From an uncultured Pseudomonadota bacterium (GTDB lineage: Bacteria; Pseudomonadota; Gammaproteobacteria; Methylococcales; Methylomonadaceae): a stretch of 64,000 bases of DNA. Below the pieces are notes generated by a model. The model made no database searches, had not been told where the DNA came from, and worked only from the letters and a program-made list of their open reading frames with translations. The position numbers and the translations under genes are program-made. The stretch covers positions 6,875 through 70,874 of the forward strand of contig CAIXED010000071.1 in NCBI GenBank assembly GCA_903918375.1, given 5' to 3'. Position 1 is the first letter of the stretch, and every line of letters starts with the position of its first letter. This document shows positions 40,545-49,562 of the stretch, piece after piece.

Positions 40545-41399
40545 TTATTTCTGGTTTTTAAAATATTTGAAGAAATCCGAATTCGGTTCCAACACCATGA
40601 TGTTGCCTGATTTGCCCAAGCTTTGCTTGTAAGCAATCATGCTGCGATAGAAGGCGTAAAAATCACTGTCATCGCCAAAGGTTTTAGCAGATATTTCTGC
40701 CGCTTTAGCATCGCCTTCACCGCGTAAAATTTCAGAATCGCGATAGGCATTGGCTAAAATGATTTCGCGTTGTTTGTCGGCATCAGCACGAATCCGTTCT
40801 GCCGCTTCTGAACCTTGTGAACGAAACTCGCGAGCTACTCGAGCACGTTCAGCTTCCATTCGTTGATAAACCGAAGAACTGACTTCGCTTGGTAAATCAA
40901 TGCGTTTAACTTGAACGTCAACAATCGTGATACCTAATTTGGCCGCATGAGGCGAAACATTGGTGATTAAAGCTTCACGAATCGCACTACGATCAGTGGA
41001 TACCAGTTGTTTAATTTCACGTTTGCTAAATTCGCTACGGAATGAATCTTTAATGATTTGATCCAAACGAATATTGGCTTGATTAACATCACCAGCAACC
41101 GTGGTGTAAAAAGTTTTAACATCGCCAATTCGCCATTTGACGAATGAATCAACGATTACGTTTTTCTTTTCAGCAGTTAAAAAGCGTTCAGGGGTCGAAT
41201 CCATGGTTAGGATACGTGAATCAAACTTTTTGACATTGTTGAGGAAAGGGATTTTGAAATGCAAACCTGGTTGAAAATCTGCACCAACAATCTCACCGAG
41301 TTGGAATTTGATGACGCGTTCAGTTTCGCCAACGGTAAAAACCGACGTCGAAATCACCACAACCAATGCGCCCAGTGTCACTAATATCTTGTTTCCCAT
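40545..41399 (-). CDS. hflC: FtsH protease modulator HflC
   Basis: It has an SPFH/band-7 domain and an N-terminal TM, and follows hflK. Confidence 0.9.
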   Translation of the reverse strand: MGNKILVTLGALVVVISTSVFTVGETERVIKFQLGEIVGADFQPGLHFKIPFLNNVKKFDSRILTMDSTPERFLTAEKKNVIVDSFVKWRIGDVKTFYTTVAGDVNQANIRLDQIIKDSFRSEFSKREIKQLVSTDRSAIREALITNVSPHAAKLGITIVDVQVKRIDLPSEVSSSVYQRMEAERARVAREFRSQGSEAAERIRADADKQREIILANAYRDSEILRGEGDAKAAEISAKTFGDDSDFYAFYRSMIAYKQSLGKSGNIMVLEPNSDFFKYFKNQK

Positions 41400-41400
41400 C

Positions 41401-42594
41401 TTAGCGTCCTCTCACATCGCGTTCACGGCTGGTTGCGCGTGAATCGGCTTTGGTTTCTTTTACCGGTGGCGTCGAAACGGGGGCAACCGGTTCGTGGCTA
41501 GGCGCGGCAGGTAAAGCTTCTGCTGCTTTGGCGTTAAGTTTGTCCAGCGGCAAATACATGACGTTATTACCACCTTTTACATCAACCAAAACATTGTTGG
41601 TATGATCAAGCACCGATTCCATTGCTTCGATATACATCCGTTGCTTGGTAACCGCAGGGGCTTTTTTGTATTCGGTTAGCAATTGTGCAAAACGACTGGA
41701 ATCACCATTGGTTTGAGCAATGACTTTTTCTTTATAAGCTTCGGCTTCTTGAACAATTCGAGAAGCGGCGCCGCGTGATTTTGGTACTACGTCGTTTGAA
41801 TAAGCTTCAGCTTCGTTAATTAAGCGTTGTTTATCTTCACGGGCTTTAATCGCATCTTCAAACGAGCCTTGCACTTGCTCAGGTGGCTGAGCATCTTGCA
41901 AATTAACGCTGGTGATTAGAATGCCGGTTTTGTAAGCATCCATCACTGATTGAATTTCAGCTTTAATCGCGGCAACGATTTCGGTACGACCTTCGGTTAA
42001 AACAAAATCCATATCGCTACGACCAATCACGCCGCGTTCGACGCTTTCGGTAACTTGTTTTAAGGTCGAGGCAGGATCTAAAACATTAAAGGCGTAATCT
42101 TTAGCGTCTTTAACTTGATATTGAACGGCTAAGCGAACATCAACGATGTTTTCATCACGGGTCAACATCATCGCTTCTTTTGGCACAGACCCCATGCCTT
42201 GACCGCCACCGGAACGATAACCAACTTCGATAAAGCGTTGTTGCTCAACGTTGATAACTTGGACTTGATCAATCGGAGTTGGGAGGTGCCAGTTTAAGCC
42301 TGGTTGGGTGGTGTTGACATAAGCACCGAGTCGAGTCACCACGCCGCGAGTACCTTCATCGACAGTGTAAAAACCACTCAAGCTCCATAATACTGCGGCA
42401 CCTGCTACTACCAAGCCAAGACCTTTAGCAGAAGAACCGTTGTTTTGAGAGTTGTTATCAGAACCGCCGCCAAAAATGCCGCCTAATTTTTCTTGTAAAG
42501 AACGCATTACCTCGTCCAAATCAGGAGGGGTGTTGGGTTCATTACGACCACTCCAAGGGTCTTTTTTGTCTCCGCCAGGCTCATTCCAAGACAT
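41401..42594 (-). CDS. hflK: FtsH protease modulator HflK
   Basis: It starts with MSWNEPGG, typical of HflK, and has an SPFH domain. Confidence 0.9.
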   Translation of the reverse strand: MSWNEPGGDKKDPWSGRNEPNTPPDLDEVMRSLQEKLGGIFGGGSDNNSQNNGSSAKGLGLVVAGAAVLWSLSGFYTVDEGTRGVVTRLGAYVNTTQPGLNWHLPTPIDQVQVINVEQQRFIEVGYRSGGGQGMGSVPKEAMMLTRDENIVDVRLAVQYQVKDAKDYAFNVLDPASTLKQVTESVERGVIGRSDMDFVLTEGRTEIVAAIKAEIQSVMDAYKTGILITSVNLQDAQPPEQVQGSFEDAIKAREDKQRLINEAEAYSNDVVPKSRGAASRIVQEAEAYKEKVIAQTNGDSSRFAQLLTEYKKAPAVTKQRMYIEAMESVLDHTNNVLVDVKGGNNVMYLPLDKLNAKAAEALPAAPSHEPVAPVSTPPVKETKADSRATSRERDVRGR

Positions 42595-42779
42595 ACAGGG
42601 TTACTCCAAAATGGATTTGAAAACGCTATTTAGTCGCTAAAAACGACTTTTGGTCATCGCGTTCGGCTGTGTAAGTTTGCAAACTGCAAAATTAGACAGG
42701 TCGAAAAACCGCTTATTCTACCGTAAATTAACTAATGCCGAGCAAATAACTGGGTATTTGGGGCTACGACAAATCATGA

Positions 42780-44045
42780 TTATTCGACTGCTTCGGTTTT
42801 AATATCTTTCAACAAGCCAAGGTATTTTTGGTCGATTTCCAAAGTTAATTGGCAATTGCCGTGATCGTCGATGATTTCGTCGATAATTCGTACAAAAGCA
42901 AACCATTTACTTTTCATGCCCATTTGACTGGCCGGTAGGTAACATTTGCGAATCACTTTGCTACTGGCGAACAATTGGCCTAAAGCCTGTTGTAATAACT
43001 CACAGCCTAAACCTTGTTGTGCCGAAATCCAAACTGCTACCGGTTTACCATCGCCATCATAATCAATATGAGGGTTGACGCTATCGAGCAGGTCGATTTT
43101 GTTAAATACTTTTAACTGTGGGATTTTGCCGGCGTCAATATCATCCAGAACTTGATTGACGTGGAAAATGGTTTCTTCTCGATCTTCTGCTGCCGCGTCA
43201 ATCACATGCAGTAATAAATCCGCCTCGCTGGCTTCTTGTAAGGTTGAGCGAAAGGCTGCGACTAATTCATGTGGCAAATGGCGGATAAAGCCAACCGTGT
43301 CAGCCAAAATAATTTCACTGCCATTGTTAAGCGGCAATTGCCGTAAAGTCGGGTCTAAAGTCGCAAATAATTGATCGGCGGCATAAATATCAGCGCCGGT
43401 TAAGCTATTAAATAATGTCGATTTACCGGCATTGGTATAACCAACTAATGAAACTGCAGGAATTTCGGCTTTTTTGCGCTTGCTACGACCTTGGTGGCGT
43501 TGTTTTTGGACTTTGTCTAAACGCTGTTGAATTTGTTTGATGCGAACCGCAAGCAATCGGCGGTCGGTTTCCAGCTGAGTTTCACCCGGGCCGCGCATCC
43601 CAATCCCGCCTTTTTGACGTTCTAAATGGGTCCAACCGCGAATCAAGCGGGTTGATAAATGTTTTAACTGCGCCAATTCAACCTGCAATTTACCTTCAAA
43701 AGTTTGTGCGCGTTGGGCGAAAATATCCAGAATCAGGCCGTTTCTATCAACGACTCGCACCTCAAGGGCTTTTTCTAAATTACGCTCTTGGCTAGGTGAT
43801 AGTGGGTGATTGACGATGACAATATCGGCTTGCTGTTCCTGAATCGCGAATTTGATTTCTTCGAGTTTGCCAGTGCCGACAAAGTATTTGGGATCAGGTC
43901 GATGACGACTGCCTGTGATGACATGAATCGGTTGAGCACCGGCTGATTTGGTGAGTTCTTTCAGTTCGTCAAGATCTTCTTGACCGATTTGCAAAGTCAG
44001 GTGAACGAGAATGGCTCGCTCACCTGCATCGGGGCGTTCAAACAA
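42780..44045 (-). CDS. hflX: GTPase HflX
   Basis: It has an HflX N-domain and G-domain motifs GYTNAGKST and DTVGF, in hfq-hflX synteny. Confidence 0.92.
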   Translation of the reverse strand: MFERPDAGERAILVHLTLQIGQEDLDELKELTKSAGAQPIHVITGSRHRPDPKYFVGTGKLEEIKFAIQEQQADIVIVNHPLSPSQERNLEKALEVRVVDRNGLILDIFAQRAQTFEGKLQVELAQLKHLSTRLIRGWTHLERQKGGIGMRGPGETQLETDRRLLAVRIKQIQQRLDKVQKQRHQGRSKRKKAEIPAVSLVGYTNAGKSTLFNSLTGADIYAADQLFATLDPTLRQLPLNNGSEIILADTVGFIRHLPHELVAAFRSTLQEASEADLLLHVIDAAAEDREETIFHVNQVLDDIDAGKIPQLKVFNKIDLLDSVNPHIDYDGDGKPVAVWISAQQGLGCELLQQALGQLFASSKVIRKCYLPASQMGMKSKWFAFVRIIDEIIDDHGNCQLTLEIDQKYLGLLKDIKTEAVE

Positions 44046-44055
44046 AAGCTACCCC

Positions 44056-44301
44056 TTAATTACCGTCAGTCGTTGTGTCTGGTTCGCGGCTTAAATTGAC
44101 GTTTTTACCCGGAACGATAGTGGAGATGGCGTGTTTATAAACCATTTGATTAACTGTGTTTTTCAGCATCACTACATATTGATCAAAAGAATCGACTCGA
44201 CCTTGTAGTTTTATACCGTTAACCAAAAAGATTGATACAGGTGTGTGCTCTTTTCTGAGCGCATTCAAAAAATTATCCTGTAAATTTTGGGCTTTTGACA
44301 T
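44056..44301 (-). CDS. hfq: RNA chaperone Hfq
   Basis: [50 protein letters not shown] 44301 is preceded by AAGGAGA. The upstream extension in the ORF track was not used. Confidence 0.95.
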   Translation of the reverse strand: MSKAQNLQDNFLNALRKEHTPVSIFLVNGIKLQGRVDSFDQYVVMLKNTVNQMVYKHAISTIVPGKNVNLSREPDTTTDGN

Positions 44302-44444
44302 CCGATTCTCCTTATTATTGTTTGGCTGCACTTATACATTACCCGCTATATCCCTGTAATTCAACATTTAGGATTGATGCGGTTTTAAACTGATTCAGAA
44401 TTTGGGACTGTAATTCTGTATTTCAAGTTCAATTTGAATGTTTA

Positions 44445-44477
44445 AAGTGTTGTGCTTTTGAAAACAGCACAACACTT
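44445..44477 (-). terminator. Hairpin downstream of ettA (12-bp perfect stem, weak T-run)
   Basis: AAGTGTTGTGCT-(9 nt)-AGCACAACACTT. Confidence 0.4.
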
Positions 44478-44491
44478 CAATTCAGGCTAAA

Positions 44492-46156
44492 TTAGCTGAT
44501 TTTTTTGTACTTGATGCGATGTGGTGTATCGGCATCAATCCCTAAGCGACGATGACGGTCAGCTTCATAATCGGCATAGTTGCCTTCAAACCAGACCACT
44601 TCACTATCCCCTTCAAACGCCAGAATATGGGTGGCGATACGGTCTAAGAACCAACGATCATGCGAAATCACCACCGCGCAACCTGGGAAAGCCAACAAAG
44701 CTTCTTCCAAGGCGCGTAAGGTTTCAACGTCAAGGTCGTTGGTTGGTTCGTCAAGTAACAACAAGTTGCCACCGCTTTTTAGCAGCTTGGCTAAATGGAC
44801 ACGATTACGTTCACCGCCCGATAACTCGCCAATCCGTTTTTGTTGGTCACCGCCTTTAAAATTAAAGCGACCAACGTAAGCGCGAGAAGGGGTTTCGTAT
44901 TTGCCAACTGTAATCACATCTAAACCATCAGAAATTTCTTCCCAAACGGTTTTTTTGTCATCCATGTCATCACGCAACTGATCCACATACGACAATTGCA
45001 CGGTTTGACCAATAGTAATCTCGCCGCCATCCGGTTTTTCAAAGCCAGCCATCATGCGGAACAGGGTGGTTTTACCGGCACCGTTAGGACCGATAATGCC
45101 AACAATGCCGCCCGGTGGTAATTTGAAGCTCAGATCGTTAATCAATAAACGGTCGCCAAAGCCTTTACTGATGTTGTTCGCATCAATCACCACGTCGCCA
45201 AGGCGAGGTCCGGGTGGAATATAGATTTCTTGGGTTTCATTACGTTTTTGAACATCAACCGATGATAATTCTTCAAAACGTGCCAAACGCGATTTGCTTT
45301 TGGCATGGCGGCCTTTCGGATTGGAACGCACCCACTCCAACTCGGCTTGCATGGCTTTTTGGCGAGAGGTTTCTTGTTTTTCTTCCAATGCCAATCGTTT
45401 TTCTTTTTGCTCTAACCAAGAAGAATAATTACCTTCCCAAGGAATCCCCATGCCGCGATCAAGCTCTAAAATCCAGCCAGCCACGTTATCAAGGAAGTAA
45501 CGATCATGGGTTACCGCAACCACGGTGCCAGTGTAGTCGTGCAGGAAGCGTTCCAACCATGCCACCGATTCAGCGTCTAAATGGTTAGTCGGTTCGTCAA
45601 GCAATAGCATGTCGGGTTTAGACAGCAATAAACGGCATAAAGCCACACGGCGTTTTTCACCACCGGATAACTTAGTCACGTCGGCATCCCAATCCGGTAA
45701 ACGCAAAGCATCGGCAGCGATTTCTAAAGTACGGTCTAAATTGTGACCGTCGCAAGCGTTGATAATGTCTTCTAAGCGCGCTTGTTCAGCAGCTAAGGCA
45801 TCAAAATCAGCATCCGGCAAAGCGTATGCGGCATAGACTTCATCTAATTTGGTTAGGGCTTCTTTGATACCGGCAACCGCTTCTTCAATGTTGCCACGCA
45901 CGGTTTTGTTTGGATCAAGCTGAGGTTCTTGTGACAGATAACCGATATTGATGCCTTTTAGCGGCACCGCTTCGCCTTCGATTTCTTTATCAATCCCCGC
46001 CATAATCCGCAGCAAAGTTGATTTACCTGAACCGTTTAAACCCAATACGCCAATTTTTGCGCCGGGAAAAAACGATAGCGAAATGTCTTTAAGGATGTGT
46101 TTTTTGGGCGGTACGATTTTACCGACCCTGTGCATGGAGAAAATATATTGCGCCAT
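44492..46156 (-). CDS. ettA: Energy-dependent translational throttle protein EttA (ABC-F ATPase)
   Basis: MAQYIFSMHRVGKIVPPKKHILKDISLSFFPGAKIGVLGLNGSGKSTLL matches the EttA N-terminus. It has two ABC cassettes. ATG 46156 was chosen. Confidence 0.93.
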   Translation of the reverse strand: MAQYIFSMHRVGKIVPPKKHILKDISLSFFPGAKIGVLGLNGSGKSTLLRIMAGIDKEIEGEAVPLKGINIGYLSQEPQLDPNKTVRGNIEEAVAGIKEALTKLDEVYAAYALPDADFDALAAEQARLEDIINACDGHNLDRTLEIAADALRLPDWDADVTKLSGGEKRRVALCRLLLSKPDMLLLDEPTNHLDAESVAWLERFLHDYTGTVVAVTHDRYFLDNVAGWILELDRGMGIPWEGNYSSWLEQKEKRLALEEKQETSRQKAMQAELEWVRSNPKGRHAKSKSRLARFEELSSVDVQKRNETQEIYIPPGPRLGDVVIDANNISKGFGDRLLINDLSFKLPPGGIVGIIGPNGAGKTTLFRMMAGFEKPDGGEITIGQTVQLSYVDQLRDDMDDKKTVWEEISDGLDVITVGKYETPSRAYVGRFNFKGGDQQKRIGELSGGERNRVHLAKLLKSGGNLLLLDEPTNDLDVETLRALEEALLAFPGCAVVISHDRWFLDRIATHILAFEGDSEVVWFEGNYADYEADRHRRLGIDADTPHRIKYKKIS

Positions 46157-46226
46157 TTGGATTGCTGCTAAAAAATCAAAAATGGCATTATACCGTGGCA
46201 ATCGGGATTTTTAAGGGGCTTTATCT

Positions 46227-46898
46227 GTGAACGGCAATAGTGACGCGGTTTTTATTGATATTCATTGTCATCATTCATCTAATCAGGCCGCTTTAGCCTT
46301 GATCAGTTTTGATGTCAGCGAGTTTGATCAGCAGTTAGCTGAAAAACAGTTTTACAGTCTGGGTTTACATCCGTGGTTTATTGAACAGCAAGATTGGCAG
46401 GCCGAATTGCAAGCCATGGTTAATCATCGCAATTTGCTGGCCATTGGCGAGTGTGGCTTAGATAAAGCGATCAGCACACCATTAGCCGAACAACTAACTG
46501 TATTTGAACAACAAATCCAACTGGCTAAACAATGGAACAAGCCCTTAATCATCCATTGTGTTCGGGCTTTTAATGAGTTAATTCAGCTCAAACAAGCCAA
46601 TCCTGATCTAAAAGCCTGGATTATTCACGGCTACAACGCCAAACCGCCAATGGCGCAACAACTCATCAAACACGGTTTTTACTTATCACTCGGCAAAGCC
46701 TTGTTAACTGAAAATAGCAATGCCCAACAAAGCTTGTTATCGCTACCATTGGAGCGTTTATTTTTAGAAACCGACGCCGCCAACGATATAAGCATTAGCG
46801 CTATCTACGCTGCTGCGGCTAAAATTGTCGAAATCGATGTTTCGACATTAAAACTACAAATCTTGGCTAATTTTCAAAGAGTATTTCTGCATGACTGA
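46227..46898 (+). CDS. TatD family metal-dependent hydrolase
   Basis: It has DIHCHH, GECGLD and a ...ETD motif; the start is GTG. Confidence 0.8.
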   Translation: MNGNSDAVFIDIHCHHSSNQAALALISFDVSEFDQQLAEKQFYSLGLHPWFIEQQDWQAELQAMVNHRNLLAIGECGLDKAISTPLAEQLTVFEQQIQLAKQWNKPLIIHCVRAFNELIQLKQANPDLKAWIIHGYNAKPPMAQQLIKHGFYLSLGKALLTENSNAQQSLLSLPLERLFLETDAANDISISAIYAAAAKIVEIDVSTLKLQILANFQRVFLHD

Positions 46899-47631
46899 TT
46901 TAAGCTGGTTATCTCGTACCGAACTGTTAGTCGGTAAAGCTAAACTCGACAAACTACAAAACTCGCATGTTTTGGTGGTGGGGATGGGCGGTGTTGGCTC
47001 GTTTGCGGCTGAGTTTATTTGTCGTGCTGGGGTAGGGCAGATGACGATAGTTGATGGTGATGTGGTCGATCCCAGCAATCGCAACCGCCAATTACCGGCT
47101 TTAGCAACCACCCACGGCCAATCAAAAGCCGATGTGATGGGGGCTAGATTGCTGTCGATTAACCCCGATTTAAAACTGCATATTCGCCACGAATTCATTA
47201 CCCCCGACACCGCCGCCGATTTACTCAGTCAACATTATGATTACGTCGTCGATGCCATTGACAGCTTAACCCCCAAAATTCATTTAATCCGCGCTGCTAA
47301 AACCCGCAAAATGAAAATCATCAGCTCAATGGGCGCGGGCGGTAAGTTAGATCCAACCCAATTAAAAGTGGTGGATATTTCTAAAACCTATAACTGTCCT
47401 TTTGCCCAATTTATTCGCCAGCGTTTGCGTAAACAGGGGATTAGTCGCGGCTTAAAAGTGGTGTTTTCACCCGAAGTAGTGGTTAAGGAATCATTGATGT
47501 ACACCGATGGTAGCAATTACAAAAAATCCGCTTACGGCACCGTGTCCTACTTGCCAGCGGCATTTGGCGGTGTTTGTTCATCAGTTGTGATTCGGCATTT
47601 AATCGCTGAAGTCGATAAACAACAAAATTAA
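46891..47631 (+). CDS. tcdA: tRNA threonylcarbamoyladenosine dehydratase (ThiF/E1-like)
   Basis: It has VVGMGGVGSFAAEFICRAGVGQMTIVDGDVVDPSNRNRQ. Confidence 0.85.
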   Translation: MTDLSWLSRTELLVGKAKLDKLQNSHVLVVGMGGVGSFAAEFICRAGVGQMTIVDGDVVDPSNRNRQLPALATTHGQSKADVMGARLLSINPDLKLHIRHEFITPDTAADLLSQHYDYVVDAIDSLTPKIHLIRAAKTRKMKIISSMGAGGKLDPTQLKVVDISKTYNCPFAQFIRQRLRKQGISRGLKVVFSPEVVVKESLMYTDGSNYKKSAYGTVSYLPAAFGGVCSSVVIRHLIAEVDKQQN

Positions 47632-47635
47632 GCCT

Positions 47636-48022
47636 ATGTCAGAAATTATTTTGCAAAAAAGCAGTCGCTTACAAGCGATGCGCGCTGCGGCAATGGGGGC
47701 TCAGCCAGAAGTGGCACCTGTAAAACTAGCACCAAAGCCAGCGGATCATGACAAAAAATTCAGTCCCGAATTATTACTGGCTCGGCAATTAATTGATCAG
47801 CGCTTAGCCGAACTATTAGCAAACTTGCCCGTCGGTAAGCAGCAAGGCTTATTTAAAATTCGTTTTGGCATGACGCCTGAACAAATCAAACAGCTGACGC
47901 TAAAACAAATCTTCAGCAAACTGGCGATTAATCCAGCCCAAATCAAGCAATTAAGCACAAACCCTCAGTCGATTTGGGAACTGAATTATAATGGCGAGCA
48001 ATCCACTCATTCAGCTGACTAA
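47636..48022 (+). CDS. Hypothetical protein
   Basis: A 128-aa ORF in operon position after tcdA, with no recognised motif. Confidence 0.4.
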   Translation: MSEIILQKSSRLQAMRAAAMGAQPEVAPVKLAPKPADHDKKFSPELLLARQLIDQRLAELLANLPVGKQQGLFKIRFGMTPEQIKQLTLKQIFSKLAINPAQIKQLSTNPQSIWELNYNGEQSTHSAD

Positions 48023-48049
48023 TAACTGTCAGCCTTTTTATCAAAAATC

Positions 48050-48970
48050 ATGCATTACACATTAGAACCCAACCAAGATTATCGCGACCAAAGCCTACGC
48101 CAAGACGCCGAACTTTCTTCAGCCGAACTTCAAGCCGATGCCGCCAAACATTACGATGATTGCTATCGCGATTATTTAGTCGCTTGGTGTAACCGCGATA
48201 ACTTAGCCCTGCATTACGGCTATTGGGATCAAGCCACGCCTTACAATCAACACCAAGCCTTGCTCAACAAAAACCAAATTTTGTACGAAAAAGCCGGTAT
48301 TAAAGCGACAGATAAAGTCTTGGATGCAGGTTGTGGTATCGGTGGTAGCACGATCTGGATGGCAAAAAATCACGGCAATACCGTCACAGGTATCACCATC
48401 AGCGCTCAACAAGCTCAATATGCCGCCCAACATGCTCAACGTCATGGTGTTAGTGAATTGGTGAATTTTGAAGTTGCCGATTTTTGCGCGACACCGTTTG
48501 CTGATGAATCGTTTGATGTGGTTTGGGCGCTAGAAAGCTCATGCCATGCCTTAAACAAAGGCGATTTTCTCCGTGAAGCATTTCGGGTCTTGCGTAAAGG
48601 TGGACGCTTAGTAGTTTGTGATGGTTTTGTCCTGCAACGCCAATTCGACCAACGCCAATGGCAAGCAGTAGTCACTTGCTTGAACGGTTGGGCGGTGCCT
48701 AATTTATGCGGTCGCGATGAGTTTTTTCACTTATTGCAACAACAAGGTTTTAACAACGCCCAATGCCACGACATTACAGCGCAAACCCTGCCATCGGCTG
48801 ATTACATGTACAAAGTCGCTAAACGCTTGCAGCCGGTACAAAAAATTAGTCAATGGCTAGGTTTAAGAACCAAAGCTCAAACCGCAAATTACTTGGTGGG
48901 ATTAGCTCAGCATGTGTTATTTAGCGAAAAACTCACCGAATATTGTATTTTTACAGCGGAAAAGAACTGA
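48050..48970 (+). CDS. Class I SAM-dependent methyltransferase
   Basis: It has VLDAGCGIGGSTIWMA (motif I) and ...LRKGGRLVVCD (the post-II/III region). Confidence 0.75.
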   Translation: MHYTLEPNQDYRDQSLRQDAELSSAELQADAAKHYDDCYRDYLVAWCNRDNLALHYGYWDQATPYNQHQALLNKNQILYEKAGIKATDKVLDAGCGIGGSTIWMAKNHGNTVTGITISAQQAQYAAQHAQRHGVSELVNFEVADFCATPFADESFDVVWALESSCHALNKGDFLREAFRVLRKGGRLVVCDGFVLQRQFDQRQWQAVVTCLNGWAVPNLCGRDEFFHLLQQQGFNNAQCHDITAQTLPSADYMYKVAKRLQPVQKISQWLGLRTKAQTANYLVGLAQHVLFSEKLTEYCIFTAEKN

Positions 48971-48980
48971 TCGTCTTCCT

Positions 48981-49358
48981 ATGAAATTGTCTTTAATTAA
49001 ATCGATAGTACTTGTTTTGCCATTTAGCTTTTTGTTGGGCTGTGCTTCTGCGCCGGTTAATAGCGGTCACGACAGTTTTGCTGATTATGCTGAGTCGGTA
49101 TTTCGGCGCCAAAATCAATTAAGTAGTCGGTTGATGATGTTGAATGACGATGCTGATGAAGATAATGACGTGTTTGATGTCGCTGATCAGGAAATGCGTG
49201 ACGCCTGTCATTTACTAAATGAATATGCGGAACGAGAAATTAGCGGTGAAAGTATGGGGTGGCGGTTTAAATCTAAGGTTCAGGATAGTATTGAAGGGTG
49301 TGATAAGAGCGTGCAGCGGATGGAAGTTTTGTTTGAAAATAGTGTCAAAGCGCATTAA
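48981..49358 (+). CDS. Putative lipoprotein
   Basis: MKLSLIKSIVLVLPFSFLLGCASAP carries a lipobox. ATG 48981 was chosen over the upstream ORF-track start. Confidence 0.6.
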   Translation: MKLSLIKSIVLVLPFSFLLGCASAPVNSGHDSFADYAESVFRRQNQLSSRLMMLNDDADEDNDVFDVADQEMRDACHLLNEYAEREISGESMGWRFKSKVQDSIEGCDKSVQRMEVLFENSVKAH

Positions 49359-49536
49359 TCAAGATTTACCGTCCCTATGTTCCCTACACTGGTTACTAAC
49401 CAGTGCAAATTCGGTTGCAGGTGAGCAGTCGAGCTATGAATGGAATTAATCTCTTGCCCCGTCCTTCGACAATAGGACGAAGGGCAAGGGGGATTCCAAA
49501 CTGACCTATGGTTCTAAACAGTCTCTGAGCATCTTG

Positions 49537-49562
49537 AAAAATCCAGATTAGGCTGGATTTTT
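49537..49562. terminator. Bidirectional terminator overlapping the mfd stop codon
   Basis: AAAAATCCAG-attagg-CTGGATTTTT has A/T runs on both sides. Confidence 0.5.

Noticed and set aside
49388-49492. A 9-bp palindrome (CACTGGTTA-c-TAACCAGTG) and a compound hairpin (49453-49492) downstream of the lipoprotein gene
   Set aside because: These are ordinary intergenic hairpins between convergent genes, with no repeat partner seen in the window.
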